From an uncultured Verrucomicrobiae bacterium (lineage in GTDB: Bacteria > Verrucomicrobiota > Verrucomicrobiia > Limisphaerales > UBA11358): a DNA stretch of 64,000 bases. A model generated the notes under the pieces. The model was given only the letters and a program-made list of their open reading frames with translations, searched no databases and was not told the origin of the DNA. This document shows positions 26,805 through 36,874 of this stretch, in pieces (the stretch's first letter is position 1; each line of letters starts with the position of its first letter). Position numbers and translations under genes: made by a program. The stretch covers positions 30,673 to 94,672 of the forward strand of contig CAWDPX010000017.1 of assembly GCA_963804345.1 (NCBI GenBank), given 5' to 3'.

Positions 26805-29363
26805 TCACCGCGCTGTTGGGGCTGGCTCATGATAGGTTTTGCCGGCCCGGTAGAGCTCAAGCAGTTGCCGGCTTTTCTCGGCCAGTTTTTTAGATCCGGC
26901 TGAGATTGCGAGCTGCTCCGCCTTTTCCGCCATCGTCACCGCGTCCGGAAAACGGCCCGCTTCGGCATAAGCGGCGGCCAGCGTCCTGATGAACAAGGGT
27001 TCGCCATAATGGGTCAGCTCGCACGCGCGTTCGGCCAAACGGACCGCCTCGGCCCCATTGCGAAGCTCGGCATCGGGATTGACGGCCAGCACCCACGCCA
27101 GGTTGTTCTGCGCCTCGGCGTAATTCGGACTGATCTGGATGGCCTTGCGAAAGTTCCCAATCGCTTCCTCAAACCGGCCCTTGTCGGCGAGGGCGGCCCC
27201 CAGGTTGTTCTGCGCCGCGACGAAATTCGGATTGATCTGGATGGCCTTGCGAAAGTTCCCGATCGCTTCCTCAAGCCGGTCCTCGGTGGCGAGGGCGGCC
27301 CCCAGGTTGTTCTGTGCCGCGGCGAAATTCGGATTGATCTGGATGGCCTTGCGATAGTTCTCAATTGCTTCCTCAAGCCGGCCTTGGGCGGCGAGGGCAT
27401 GGCCCAGGTTGTTCAGCGCTTCGGCGAAATTCGGATTGATCTGGACGGCCTTGCGAAAGTTCTCAATCGCTTCCTCCAACCGGCCCTTGTCGGCGAGGGC
27501 ATGGCCCAGGTTGTTCAGCGCCACGGCGAAATTCGGATTGACCTGGATGGCCTTGCGAAAGTTCCCAATCGCTTCCTCCAGCCGGCCCTTGTCGGCAAGG
27601 GCGATGCCCAGATTGTTCAGCGCCACGGCGAAATTCGGATTGATCTGGATGGCCTTGCGATAGTTCTCAATTGCTTCATCAAGCCGGCCTTGGGCGGCGA
27701 GGACATGGCCCAGGTTGTTTTGCGCTTCAGCGAAATTCGGATTGATCTGGATGGCCTGGTAATAATTCTCAATCGCTTCCTCCAACCGGCCCTTGGCGGC
27801 GAGGGCATGGCCCAGGTTGTTCAACGCTTCGGCGAAATTCGGATTGATCCGGATGGCCTTGCGAAAGTTCTCAATCGCTTCATCCATTTGGCCCTTGTCG
27901 GCGAGGGCGGCCCCCAGAGTGTCCATCACTTCGGGGGAATTCGGATTGCTCTGGAAGGCCCGATGGTAGTGTTCCATTGCCTCTTTAATGCGTCCCTGGT
28001 TCCGGAGCAAATTACCCAGATTGTTGTGGGCCAGCCAGCAATCCGGGTTCCCGGCCAGCGTCGCCCGCCAGAGGGTTTCCATGTCCGTGTACATTCCGGC
28101 CTGCCGCCAGGTCAGGAGGGCGAGCACCGGCAGCACAATGGCGGCAAATCCATAAACCACCGCCAGCCTGCGCCAGGATTCGGCCACCCGTACCACCAGC
28201 GCCGCCACCAGTGCGATGATCCCGAGCGCGGACAGATAAACCCAGTGATCCCACGCAAATGAATAACGCATGCCATACGCGTTCATGAATCCCAGCACCG
28301 GAAACAAGGTTCCCACATAAAAGAACAGCGCCGTCGCCGGCCCACGCCCAAGGCGCCCCCGGGCCAGCCAGAGCGTGAAAAGGGCGCCGATGGCGGTTAC
28401 CGGATAAAGCCATTGCCACCCCGAACCGGGTTCAGGCTGCCAGCGCGGGTAAACGAAGCAAAGCTTCGCCGGCCAAAACAGGTTGCCGAGGTAAAACCAG
28501 AACGCCCGCCCGGCAACCAGGCAGCGTTGCGGGAATGTCAGGTCAAAGTCCGGCCCTTCCGCACCGAGATGGTATTTCTCCAACCAGGCGGTTACGGCAC
28601 AAAGACCCAGGGCCAGGGCGAAGAAGGGCAGGGTTGGCAACACGTCCGCCCGCCACCGGATTTGTCCGCGTTGCCACCAACCGATCAACAGAATGGCCGC
28701 CGGCAACGAAAAGGTCGTCGTCTTGGCCAGCAACGCACAAAGAAACAAAACGAAAGCCAGTCCGTAAAAAAGTGACACTTGGCACGTGCCGCGTGACGGG
28801 TCAGGCACAGAAGTGACTTTTTGCGGTCCTGTCACCTGCCGCCTGCCACTTGCCACACCCTTCGCGTAGCGCAGGTAAGCCAGCCAGGCGCCGAGGTAAA
28901 AAACAAGCGAAAGAACATTTTTACGTTCGGTGATCCAGGCGACGGATTCAACCATGACCGGATGCAGCGCGAAGAGGGCACCGGCCAGCCAGGCGCCGGG
29001 CACCTGGAGCCGGAGCAACAACCGCCAGAAGAGCAGCGCGGCCAGCGCGTGCAGCAGGACGTTCTCCACGTGATAGGGGGTAGTCCAGAATTTCCAAAGT
29101 TGATAATCCAGCCAGAACGTCGTCCCCGAGAGCGGATAATACTGTTGCAGGGCGGTGGGCTGGAACCAGATCAAGCGCAGGCCGGAAGGGTCGCGTAACA
29201 AGCCGATTATATTCGTGGTCCACGAGTCGTCGTCCCAGACGAAACCGCCGCGCAGGGCGGGGAAATAGGCCAGGAAGACCAGGAGAACGATCAGGGCGCC
29301 CTGCCAAATCGGCAGCGTTCGTCCACGAATCAACATTCGCCCGGGGAAGGTCTTTTGTGGCAC
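26805..29363 (-). CDS. TMTC-like membrane glycosyltransferase (GT-C) with a TPR array
   Basis: GGFVWDD, YYPL, YH..NVLLH and HPVMVESVAWITERK, multiple TM segments, then near-identical 102-bp TPR repeats (about 27100-27900). Confidence 0.8.
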   Translation of the reverse strand: MPQKTFPGRMLIRGRTLPIWQGALIVLLVFLAYFPALRGGFVWDDDSWTTNIIGLLRDPSGLRLIWFQPTALQQYYPLSGTTFWLDYQLWKFWTTPYHVENVLLHALAALLFWRLLLRLQVPGAWLAGALFALHPVMVESVAWITERKNVLSLVFYLGAWLAYLRYAKGVASGRRQVTGPQKVTSVPDPSRGTCQVSLFYGLAFVLFLCALLAKTTTFSLPAAILLIGWWQRGQIRWRADVLPTLPFFALALGLCAVTAWLEKYHLGAEGPDFDLTFPQRCLVAGRAFWFYLGNLFWPAKLCFVYPRWQPEPGSGWQWLYPVTAIGALFTLWLARGRLGRGPATALFFYVGTLFPVLGFMNAYGMRYSFAWDHWVYLSALGIIALVAALVVRVAESWRRLAVVYGFAAIVLPVLALLTWRQAGMYTDMETLWRATLAGNPDCWLAHNNLGNLLRNQGRIKEAMEHYHRAFQSNPNSPEVMDTLGAALADKGQMDEAIENFRKAIRINPNFAEALNNLGHALAAKGRLEEAIENYYQAIQINPNFAEAQNNLGHVLAAQGRLDEAIENYRKAIQINPNFAVALNNLGIALADKGRLEEAIGNFRKAIQVNPNFAVALNNLGHALADKGRLEEAIENFRKAVQINPNFAEALNNLGHALAAQGRLEEAIENYRKAIQINPNFAAAQNNLGAALATEDRLEEAIGNFRKAIQINPNFVAAQNNLGAALADKGRFEEAIGNFRKAIQISPNYAEAQNNLAWVLAVNPDAELRNGAEAVRLAERACELTHYGEPLFIRTLAAAYAEAGRFPDAVTMAEKAEQLAISAGSKKLAEKSRQLLELYRAGKTYHEPAPTAR

Positions 29364-29450
29364 GCGTTTTTTTTACCCGCAAAGGCCGGCCGAGGCAAGT
29401 TCCGCTGTAATCATTTGCCAGGCCGGCTTCCGCTGGACTAGCATCCCGGC

Positions 29451-31286
29451 ATGAAACATCCGGCAGCCCTGCTGTTTTTGATACTGGCCGCGCTGTTGCC
29501 GACAGCGCGCGCGCAGCAGGGGCCTGACGACCAATACATCGTCATTTACAGCCTGATGCAGCAGGCGGATGCGTTGGACAGCTCCGGACAATCGCGCCAG
29601 GCGCTGGCCCAATACGTCCAAGTGCAGGGCGAACTGCAAAAATTTCGGAATATTTACCCGGATTGGAGCCCGAGAATTGTCAACTTCCGCTTGAATTATC
29701 TCGCGGAAAAAATCGCCGAAGTGACGGCGAAACTTCCCGTGACCCCGCAAAACGGGACGCCGCCCCAGTCGCCGCCGCCGGGCGCGGCGTCAACCTCCGC
29801 CGCCGATTTGGAGGCGCAGTTCGGCGCGCTGCATGAACAGGTGCAAAAACTACAGGTGGACAACACGACGCTTCAAGCCAAGCTCCAGGAGGCGCTGGCG
29901 GCGCAACCGGCGGCCATTGATGCGCGCGAACTGACCCAGGCACGGGCGCAAATCCGGTCGTTGATGAAGGAAAACGATTTGCTCAAGGTCAGCCTGTCGC
30001 AGGGAAAAGCCGGAACGGCGATGGGGCCGGCGGTCGCGGCATCGGACGCCTTGAAACTGGCGCAACTGGCCCTGGCCGAAGCGAATCAAAAATTAACCGC
30101 GCAAACGGCGCGCGCCGACACACTGGCCCGGGAAAATCAGGCGTTGCAATCGCGCGTCCAGGCGTTGCTGGCCAGTCCCGATACGATTCAGGCGCTGCGC
30201 GAGGAAAATGCGCTGCTCAAAAAACAGATTGCCGATTTCAAACCGGCGGCGCCGGATCCGGCGGAAGCCGCCCGGCTGAACGCGGAACTGGCCGGGCTGC
30301 GGAAACAGATTGCCGAGTTGCAGTCGGCTTCCGCAGTCGTTTTTTTGGAAAAATCAGCCCTGGAAAATCGCGTGCGGCAATTGCAGATCGCGGCGGTGAA
30401 TTCCGCGCCGGTCCCGGCGCCCAACCAGGCGGAAAACGAGGAGCGCATCCGGACGTTGACGCAGGAGCGCAACGATTTGCTCGCCAAACTGGGCGAGGCG
30501 AACCGGGAGCTTTACGGTCGCCGGAAACAGGACGCCGCGGCGCGTATCAACGTGTTGACCGATGAGGTGAACGCCCTGCGCGCGCGGCTGGCGGTGGATG
30601 AAGCGCCGGTCATCCCTTACACGCCGGAGGAACTGGCCTTGTTCAAGCAACCTGCGCCGCAACTGGCCAGTCGCAACGCGGAGAAAAAATCCATCAAGGA
30701 GCTGCCCGGCGGCGCGGCCGAACTGGTGGCCGAGGCGCAACATTATTTTTCCTCCGGGCAATACGACAAGGCGGAGGATGATTATCAGAAAATTTTGCAG
30801 CATGATGAAAACAACGGATTGGTGCTGGCCAACCTGGCGACGATTGAGATGGAGCAGGGCCGGCTCGACGATGCGGAAAAACACATCAAAGCCGCCGTAG
30901 CTCAAAGTCCGGACGACCCCTACAACCTGGCAACGCTGGGCCGCCTTGAATTTCTCCGCGAAAAATACGACGACGCGCTTGACGCCTTGGGCCGCGCGGC
31001 CAAGCTCGATCCCCGAAATCCGGAAATTGAAAATTATCTCGGCGTCACGCTCGGTCACAAGGGCCTGCGCGCGCAGGCGGAAACGGCGTTGCGCAAGGCG
31101 ATTCAACTCGACCCCAATTACGGCCCGGCGCACAACAATCTGGCGGTGATTTACATCAGCCAGGTGCCGCCCCAGGTGGAACTGGCGCGCTGGCATTATC
31201 AAAAGGCGCTCGACGCCGGCCAGCCGCGCAATCCGAACCTGGAGCAGATGCTGGACGCGAAAGGCGCGCCGGCGAACCCGCAATGA
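29451..31286 (+). CDS. Exported coiled-coil + TPR protein
   Basis: Signal peptide ARA-QQ, a long helical region and C-terminal TPRs. Confidence 0.85.
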   Translation: MKHPAALLFLILAALLPTARAQQGPDDQYIVIYSLMQQADALDSSGQSRQALAQYVQVQGELQKFRNIYPDWSPRIVNFRLNYLAEKIAEVTAKLPVTPQNGTPPQSPPPGAASTSAADLEAQFGALHEQVQKLQVDNTTLQAKLQEALAAQPAAIDARELTQARAQIRSLMKENDLLKVSLSQGKAGTAMGPAVAASDALKLAQLALAEANQKLTAQTARADTLARENQALQSRVQALLASPDTIQALREENALLKKQIADFKPAAPDPAEAARLNAELAGLRKQIAELQSASAVVFLEKSALENRVRQLQIAAVNSAPVPAPNQAENEERIRTLTQERNDLLAKLGEANRELYGRRKQDAAARINVLTDEVNALRARLAVDEAPVIPYTPEELALFKQPAPQLASRNAEKKSIKELPGGAAELVAEAQHYFSSGQYDKAEDDYQKILQHDENNGLVLANLATIEMEQGRLDDAEKHIKAAVAQSPDDPYNLATLGRLEFLREKYDDALDALGRAAKLDPRNPEIENYLGVTLGHKGLRAQAETALRKAIQLDPNYGPAHNNLAVIYISQVPPQVELARWHYQKALDAGQPRNPNLEQMLDAKGAPANPQ

Positions 31287-31310
31287 ACAAATTCTGCATC
31301 AGGCCAACCG

Positions 31311-31361
31311 GGTAGGGCCGCGCTGCCGCGCGGCCAGGCGGAGCGGCAGCTCCGCCCTACC
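31311..31361. repeat. GTAG REP-like doublet
   Basis: GGTAGGGCCGCGCTGCCGC ... GCGGCAGCTCCGCCCTACC. Confidence 0.8.
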
Positions 31362-31392
31362 GATCAAATTACAACGCAGACCAAATTTCAAA

Positions 31393-31815
31393 ATGCTCCG
31401 GCAAGGCTTCCATGAATTGACGGTCCCGACCCGCGGGCGCGGGCTTTGCGAGTTCACGCGCGAGGTTGAATGGTGGGTGGAGCAAAACCATTTCCAGGAT
31501 GGCTTGCTGACACTCCATTTGCAGCATACTTCGGCCTCGCTGCTGATTCAGGAAAACGCCGACCCGGATGTGCGGCGCGATTTGGAGGCGTTTTTCCAAC
31601 GGCTGGTTCCCGACGGCGATCCGCTTTATGTGCATGTGCTGGAGGGCGATGACGACATGCCCGCGCACATTCGCGCGGCGCTGACGGCGGTCAACTTGAA
31701 CATTCCCGTGCGCGGCGGGCGGCTCGCCCTCGGCACCTGGCAGGGGATTTATCTGTGGGAACACCGCGTTCGCGGACACGCGCGCCGCGTCACCCTGCAC
31801 TTCATCGGCGAATAG
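31393..31815 (+). CDS. yjbQ: YjbQ (UPF0047) family protein
   Basis: HTSASLLIQENADPDV, DDMPAHI and LGTWQGIYLWEHR. Confidence 0.92.
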   Translation: MLRQGFHELTVPTRGRGLCEFTREVEWWVEQNHFQDGLLTLHLQHTSASLLIQENADPDVRRDLEAFFQRLVPDGDPLYVHVLEGDDDMPAHIRAALTAVNLNIPVRGGRLALGTWQGIYLWEHRVRGHARRVTLHFIGE

Positions 31816-31824
31816 CCGGCCGGC

Positions 31825-31894
31825 GGTGGGGCGAGCGTCCTCGCGAGCCGTAACAAATTTCAACGATGCGGCTCGCCGGGAGTCTCGCCCCACC
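31825..31894. repeat. REP-like doublet
   Basis: GGTGGGGCGAG..CGAGCCG / CGGCTCG..CTCGCCCCACC. Confidence 0.8.
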
Positions 31895-31957
31895 ACGCCG
31901 AACCATTGTCGAATAAACTGGCCAAGCGCGCCGTCGAATGGCAGGTTGCGGATGTTT

Positions 31958-34285
31958 ATGCAAACCATGAAATGGTCTCGCTCCAGTGTTTTGTCGGCGT
32001 TGGTTTTTGTTTTTGCCTTCGCCGGGCACGGCGAAAATGTCACGAACAGTTTCGGTTTCACCGGCCCGGAAATTTTCCCGATTGACGTTCAAATCAACCT
32101 CCTGCACGCGGCGGATTTGGACGGCGACGGCCTGAACGACCTCATCGTCGCCAACAATCTGCGCTCCAAAATCAATTTGCTTTACAATCAAACGGGCAAA
32201 ACTAATCAAGTGGCCGCGGCCGGCCAGCCGCGCAAACTCGAAATCAATGAACTCCCGCCCGGCGCGCGTTTCCGCATTGATTCCATCCCCACCGACGAGC
32301 GCTTGGGCGCGATGGTGGTGGCCGACCTCAACGGCGACGGCCGACCCGACATCGCCTTTTACGGCGACGCGAAGGATCTCGAGGTGATTTACAACGAAGG
32401 CACGAATGGCTGGAGCGAGCCGAAACACTGGCACATCGTGGACGGACAGTTGAACCCGAATGCGCTGACGCCCGGCGATTTGAACGGGGATGGCCGGACC
32501 GACCTCGTTTTGCTCGGCGACAACGGCTCGCTGTATTTCCTGCCGCAATTGGCGGACCACACGCTCGGCGAGCCGCAAAAAATTCCGTGCTCGGGCACGC
32601 CCAAATCCGTGCAAATCGTGGACGTGGACGGCGATGGCCGGAACGATTTGCTGCTCGTGGACTGGGACAGCCCGACACCGCTGCGGTTCCGGCTGCAAAA
32701 CGCCGCTGGCCAGCTCGGGCCGGAAATCTATTTCAAGACCCCGCCCATCCGCTCGTTTTGCGCGGACACCCTCGAAGGTGGCGCCAAAAATTACATCGTG
32801 ACCATCGCGCGGGATTCCGGCCGCGCGTCGGTTTCGCAATTCACGCGCCAGCCCGCCGAAATCTTGTCCGGCGCGTTCCGGCGCGGACAATTTCAAATTC
32901 TGCCGCTGAACAAGACGGACGCGGCGCAACGCGGCCTGCTTTGGGCCGATGTCAACGGCGACGGCCGTCCCGATTTGCTCGTGGCCGAGCCGGCCAGCGG
33001 CCAGCTTTCGGTTTATTTCCAGCAGCCGGACGGTTCGCTTGCCCCGCCCAAGACCTTTCCCACCCTGGCGGGCGTGAGCCAGCTCGCGGCGGCGGACTGG
33101 AACGGCGACGGCCATCCGGACATTTTTCTCCTGAGCCGCGACGAAAACGCGGTCGGCGTGACGCAATTTGATAAAAACGGACGGCTGCCGTTTCCAACGC
33201 TCATACCGCTCGACGGCAAACCGCTCGTGATGGCCGTCGGTGCCTTGAAGCCCGGCGCCAAGCCGTCGCTGTGCGTGATAGTGGACAAGGACGGCCGGCG
33301 TTCGCTGGTCACGCGCCTGGCGGACGGCAAGATGCGGACGCAAACGCTCAGCGAGAATTTTAAATCCAATCCCACGGCACTTGCCATCCAGGACGTGAAC
33401 CAGGACGGACGGGCGGATTTGGTCGCGCTGATTCCGTATGAAAAAATCAAGGTGCTGCTGCAAAAATCCGGCGGGGATTTCGATGAGGTGGACGTGGACC
33501 CGCCCGGCGGCCCGATTGAGCAGCCGTGGCTGGCGTCGGCGGACGTGGACGGCGACGGCAAACCGGAGTTGTTGCTGCCGCAGAAAAATTTCGTGCGCGC
33601 CGTCGTGCTCGAACAGGAAGTCAAAACCCCGGGTTCCACCAACCAGCCGGACTGGGTTTTTCGCGTGAAGGACCAGATCAACGGCGCGGCGGGCGATTCG
33701 CGGATTGCCGGCGCCACGGTGGTGCGGAACGGCACGAACAACGTGCCGGCGATTTTCCTGCTCGATGCGGAGCACAAACAGTTGACGTTGTGCGAACGCG
33801 ATGCGGCGGGGGTGTGGCGGGTGTCCCGCAACGTGGAACTGCCGGTGTCGGATTTCACCGGTTTGCAGTCGGTTGCGCTCGGTGGCACGAATATCCAGAG
33901 CGTGGCGTTTCTCGGCCAGAACGCCGTCGCGTGGATGCCCCTGGCGGGCGAGGTTTGGGAATTGACCGCGCTCGATGGCTATGACACGCCGATCAAGGAC
34001 GGGTATTTGAATGACGTGGTGGCGGGCGATTTGAGCGGCACCGGGCGCAAGGATCTGGTGTTTTTGGAAACGGCAAAAAATTATCTCGACCTCGTCAGCT
34101 TTGATTCACATCACAAGCTCGTTCCTTCCAATCGCTGGCAGGTGTTCGAGCAGCACACCTTCCGCGGACGCACCGACGCCCTGCCCGAGCCGCGCGAGGC
34201 GCTCGTGACCGATGTCACCGGCGACAAAAAGAACGATCTGGTCGTCGTGGTGCATGACCGCATCCTGGTTTATCCGCAGGAATGA
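31958..34285 (+). CDS. Exported FG-GAP/VCBS repeat protein
   Basis: Many D[LV][DN]GDGR.D[LI] motifs. A signal peptide follows the corrected start, since the longer ORF start lies in a repeat. Confidence 0.88.
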   Translation: MQTMKWSRSSVLSALVFVFAFAGHGENVTNSFGFTGPEIFPIDVQINLLHAADLDGDGLNDLIVANNLRSKINLLYNQTGKTNQVAAAGQPRKLEINELPPGARFRIDSIPTDERLGAMVVADLNGDGRPDIAFYGDAKDLEVIYNEGTNGWSEPKHWHIVDGQLNPNALTPGDLNGDGRTDLVLLGDNGSLYFLPQLADHTLGEPQKIPCSGTPKSVQIVDVDGDGRNDLLLVDWDSPTPLRFRLQNAAGQLGPEIYFKTPPIRSFCADTLEGGAKNYIVTIARDSGRASVSQFTRQPAEILSGAFRRGQFQILPLNKTDAAQRGLLWADVNGDGRPDLLVAEPASGQLSVYFQQPDGSLAPPKTFPTLAGVSQLAAADWNGDGHPDIFLLSRDENAVGVTQFDKNGRLPFPTLIPLDGKPLVMAVGALKPGAKPSLCVIVDKDGRRSLVTRLADGKMRTQTLSENFKSNPTALAIQDVNQDGRADLVALIPYEKIKVLLQKSGGDFDEVDVDPPGGPIEQPWLASADVDGDGKPELLLPQKNFVRAVVLEQEVKTPGSTNQPDWVFRVKDQINGAAGDSRIAGATVVRNGTNNVPAIFLLDAEHKQLTLCERDAAGVWRVSRNVELPVSDFTGLQSVALGGTNIQSVAFLGQNAVAWMPLAGEVWELTALDGYDTPIKDGYLNDVVAGDLSGTGRKDLVFLETAKNYLDLVSFDSHHKLVPSNRWQVFEQHTFRGRTDALPEPREALVTDVTGDKKNDLVVVVHDRILVYPQE

Positions 34286-34292
34286 ATGGTAT

Positions 34293-34611
34293 TGTTCGTT
34301 GAATCGTTAGACCGTTAAACGGTGCTTCCTCGACGTTTTCACAGGAATGAGTGATTACGTCCGCCTTCACCTTTAATCCTCTCCCCCAGGAGAGGAAATC
34401 GTTTTCGTTTGTTTCTGGTTTTGCTGATGAGCGTCCGGCCAATCCCGTCGTATGAATTTTCAAAGGCACGGCGAACGATTCACCCTCTCCTGGGAGAGCC
34501 GGGGCGAGGGTGGATGTCACCTTCTGGAAATATCGAAGAATCTAAACGGTTGGATCGTCAACCCCGGGGGGTGAATCCGATTCAACAATTTAATGATTCA
34601 CGTTTCAACCG
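34293..34611. repeat. Composite short-repeat and palindrome element between convergent genes
   Basis: CGTTGAAT/CGTTAGAC/CGTTAAAC units on the left and TTCAACAA/TTTAATGA-like units on the right flank CCTCTCCCCCAGGAGAGG and CTCTCCTGGGAGAG hairpins. Confidence 0.65.
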
Positions 34612-36552
34612 TTATTTTTCCAACTGCGGCGGGCGCGGGGCAAAAACTTTGAAGGAAAAACCGTCCGCCGTGACATTGCCGCTGGTGACGGAATAATAGA
34701 AGTATTTGGAAACTTTGTCGTATTCCGGCAGCAGCGAAAAATCCAGCCAGCCGCCGAAGATTTTTTCCGGCGAGGCAAAAGGCAGGCCGCTGAACGCGTT
34801 GGCGCCGCCGGATGACGGGCTGTCCGTGGAACTGTTTTTCAAGGCGGTAAAAGCCATGCGCATGGTTTCGCGCTGGTTTTGGTAGGCAAACAGGCCATTG
34901 CCCGCGCCGCCAACGTGCTGTGCGGCGTCGGTAAAGCCGGCGGTTTCGCGCAACGGCTTGGCCTTGCTGTCGGCGCTTCGCAGAAAAGTCTCAATCATCG
35001 AAACGTCCGTCGTCAGGGCGACATAACCGCCACTGGACACGCAGTAAAGCGAACGCGGCGCGGCGGCGCGCGATGGCAGGGCAATCGTGTAAATGGTCCG
35101 GCCCGAAAATTGACGCGGGGCCGGCGAGTTATCCTGCGAGGAGGAGAGTGAGGCAACGTTTTTGATCGCCAGCACGGCCTGGTCGGGATTCAACGCGGCA
35201 AACAGGAAAAGCGAGGGGGCGGAATTCAAATCCGCCAGCGTTTTGCCCGCCGGCGCTTTTTGATAGTTGATCCAATCATCGCCGAGGTTGCCGATGAGAT
35301 TCTTGCGGACGTCGAAGTCCGGGTCTTTTTGCTGGGCGGTCGCGTTGGCGATGCTGATCGCGGTATTGAGGCTGCTGAGCCAGGTGGGCGAAATGTCCGA
35401 AAGCATTTTTTCCAGCGCCGCCCAGGATTTCTGGCCGTCCACGCGCCAGCGCAGGAATTTCACGGTGTCGGCGGGTACAAAGGCCGGCGGGTTCGCGTCC
35501 TTCGGCGCGGCGGCGATTATTTTGAAAATGCCCTGCCGGCCGGCTTCCGGCGCGGAGAGGTAAAAATCAACCCGCGCGCCATCGCGTGATTCGCGGTAAC
35601 TGAAGCTGGCGGACTTCAAACCGGTCAAACCCGATGCGCCGAGAATTTTGTCCCACGGAATCGGCGGCACCGGGCTGGGCGCTTCCGGGTTCGGCTCCGG
35701 CGGCGTAATGTGAACCAGCACGTCGAAGAGGGTTTTCGCATTGAACCAGCCATAATACAGCGGCCCGTCGCGAAATTGCGCGAGCCGGTCGGCGGCAAAG
35801 AGCGCGTTGTCGCCCAACGGCGGCAGCGCCCCGCCGGTCAACCGCGCGGCCACGGGTTCGACGGCTCTCAAGGAACTGCCGACAATCAGCAGCGATTCAA
35901 ACTGGCCGACAACAATTTCGCCGGGGGGCGGCGGTTTGTTCTCCTTGCCCAGTTCCTGGACGGGCTGGCGTCTGGGGAAAACACCGGCGAGCGTTGCCGG
36001 AATGTCATTGCTCGAAAGCGGCACGACGGAAAATGAGATGCCCCGGATGGTTTCGTCGTGCATCGGCCTGCCCGCGTCCGCCCATTTTTTGCGCAGGGCG
36101 GCCAGATTGGTTTTGAGCAAACCGCTTTTGCCCCTGGTGTCGAGCAGCAACAGCACGCCGGGCGCCGGGCCGTCGCCGCCGGTCCACCCGTTTTGCGTGA
36201 CGGCCAGGGTCAACTGGCCTTGCGGCAGATCGGTAAAGTCGCTGAACTTGACGCCGAGATCGCGTTCCAGCGGAGCGACAAGTTTTTCGTTCCAATTGGC
36301 CATGAACTTGTCGTGGAACGGCTTCATCGCCGCGTCATTCCATAAAAGGCACTGCGGCGATTGCTTGCTGGCGGTGCGCAGCGTTGAGAAGTCGGGCACG
36401 GTGATGAGCAACAGCGTGTCCGACGGCAACAGGTTCTCGGCCGGCGGAATCGCGGCGCGGACGGGCGTCGCCAGCGTCAGCACCGCGGCCAGCGTCGCGG
36501 AAAAAATTCCAGCCGTGCGTTTTGGGGTGAAACAAAAAATGCGTGTGGTCAT
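34612..36552 (-). CDS. Exported hypothetical protein (possibly DUF3352-like)
   Basis: 646 aa with signal peptide VRA-AI and a LLPSDT motif near the mature N terminus. Confidence 0.75.
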   Translation of the reverse strand: MTTRIFCFTPKRTAGIFSATLAAVLTLATPVRAAIPPAENLLPSDTLLLITVPDFSTLRTASKQSPQCLLWNDAAMKPFHDKFMANWNEKLVAPLERDLGVKFSDFTDLPQGQLTLAVTQNGWTGGDGPAPGVLLLLDTRGKSGLLKTNLAALRKKWADAGRPMHDETIRGISFSVVPLSSNDIPATLAGVFPRRQPVQELGKENKPPPPGEIVVGQFESLLIVGSSLRAVEPVAARLTGGALPPLGDNALFAADRLAQFRDGPLYYGWFNAKTLFDVLVHITPPEPNPEAPSPVPPIPWDKILGASGLTGLKSASFSYRESRDGARVDFYLSAPEAGRQGIFKIIAAAPKDANPPAFVPADTVKFLRWRVDGQKSWAALEKMLSDISPTWLSSLNTAISIANATAQQKDPDFDVRKNLIGNLGDDWINYQKAPAGKTLADLNSAPSLFLFAALNPDQAVLAIKNVASLSSSQDNSPAPRQFSGRTIYTIALPSRAAAPRSLYCVSSGGYVALTTDVSMIETFLRSADSKAKPLRETAGFTDAAQHVGGAGNGLFAYQNQRETMRMAFTALKNSSTDSPSSGGANAFSGLPFASPEKIFGGWLDFSLLPEYDKVSKYFYYSVTSGNVTADGFSFKVFAPRPPQLEK

Positions 36553-36636
36553 GGTAGATTAAACTCGGTGTTGGTAAAAAGTTGCGACATCAATTCGGCT
36601 TCCGTGATGTTTTTAAGGGACACGCCGCTCGTGGGG

Positions 36637-36796
36637 AATGACGAATGACGAAATCCGAATGACGAAGGAATGCCCGAATAACCAATGCCCAACCTGTGCG
36701 TCGCCGGCACATCCTTCGCCGGTGCGGATGACATCGCACTGCTTTTGTTTCGGGTTTCGTCATTCATTCGTCATTAGTCATTAGGGCTTCGTCATT
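36637..36796. repeat. Inverted heptamer tandem-repeat element (AATGACG family)
   Basis: (AATGACG)n ... (TCGTCAT/GTCATTA)n, with a related copy at 42141-42276. Confidence 0.85.
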
Positions 36797-36874
36797 GGGT
36801 CGTTCGAAGCCTGGCGGACAGCCATCACTTGGCTGAAATCTTTGAGGAATCCAGATTTGATGGAAGTTCCAAGT

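Noticed and set aside
27009-28262. 417-aa plus-strand repetitive ORF
   Set aside because: It is the antisense of the TPR repeats.
31802-33775. 657-aa minus-strand ORF
   Set aside because: It is the antisense of the FG-GAP gene, expected at this GC content.
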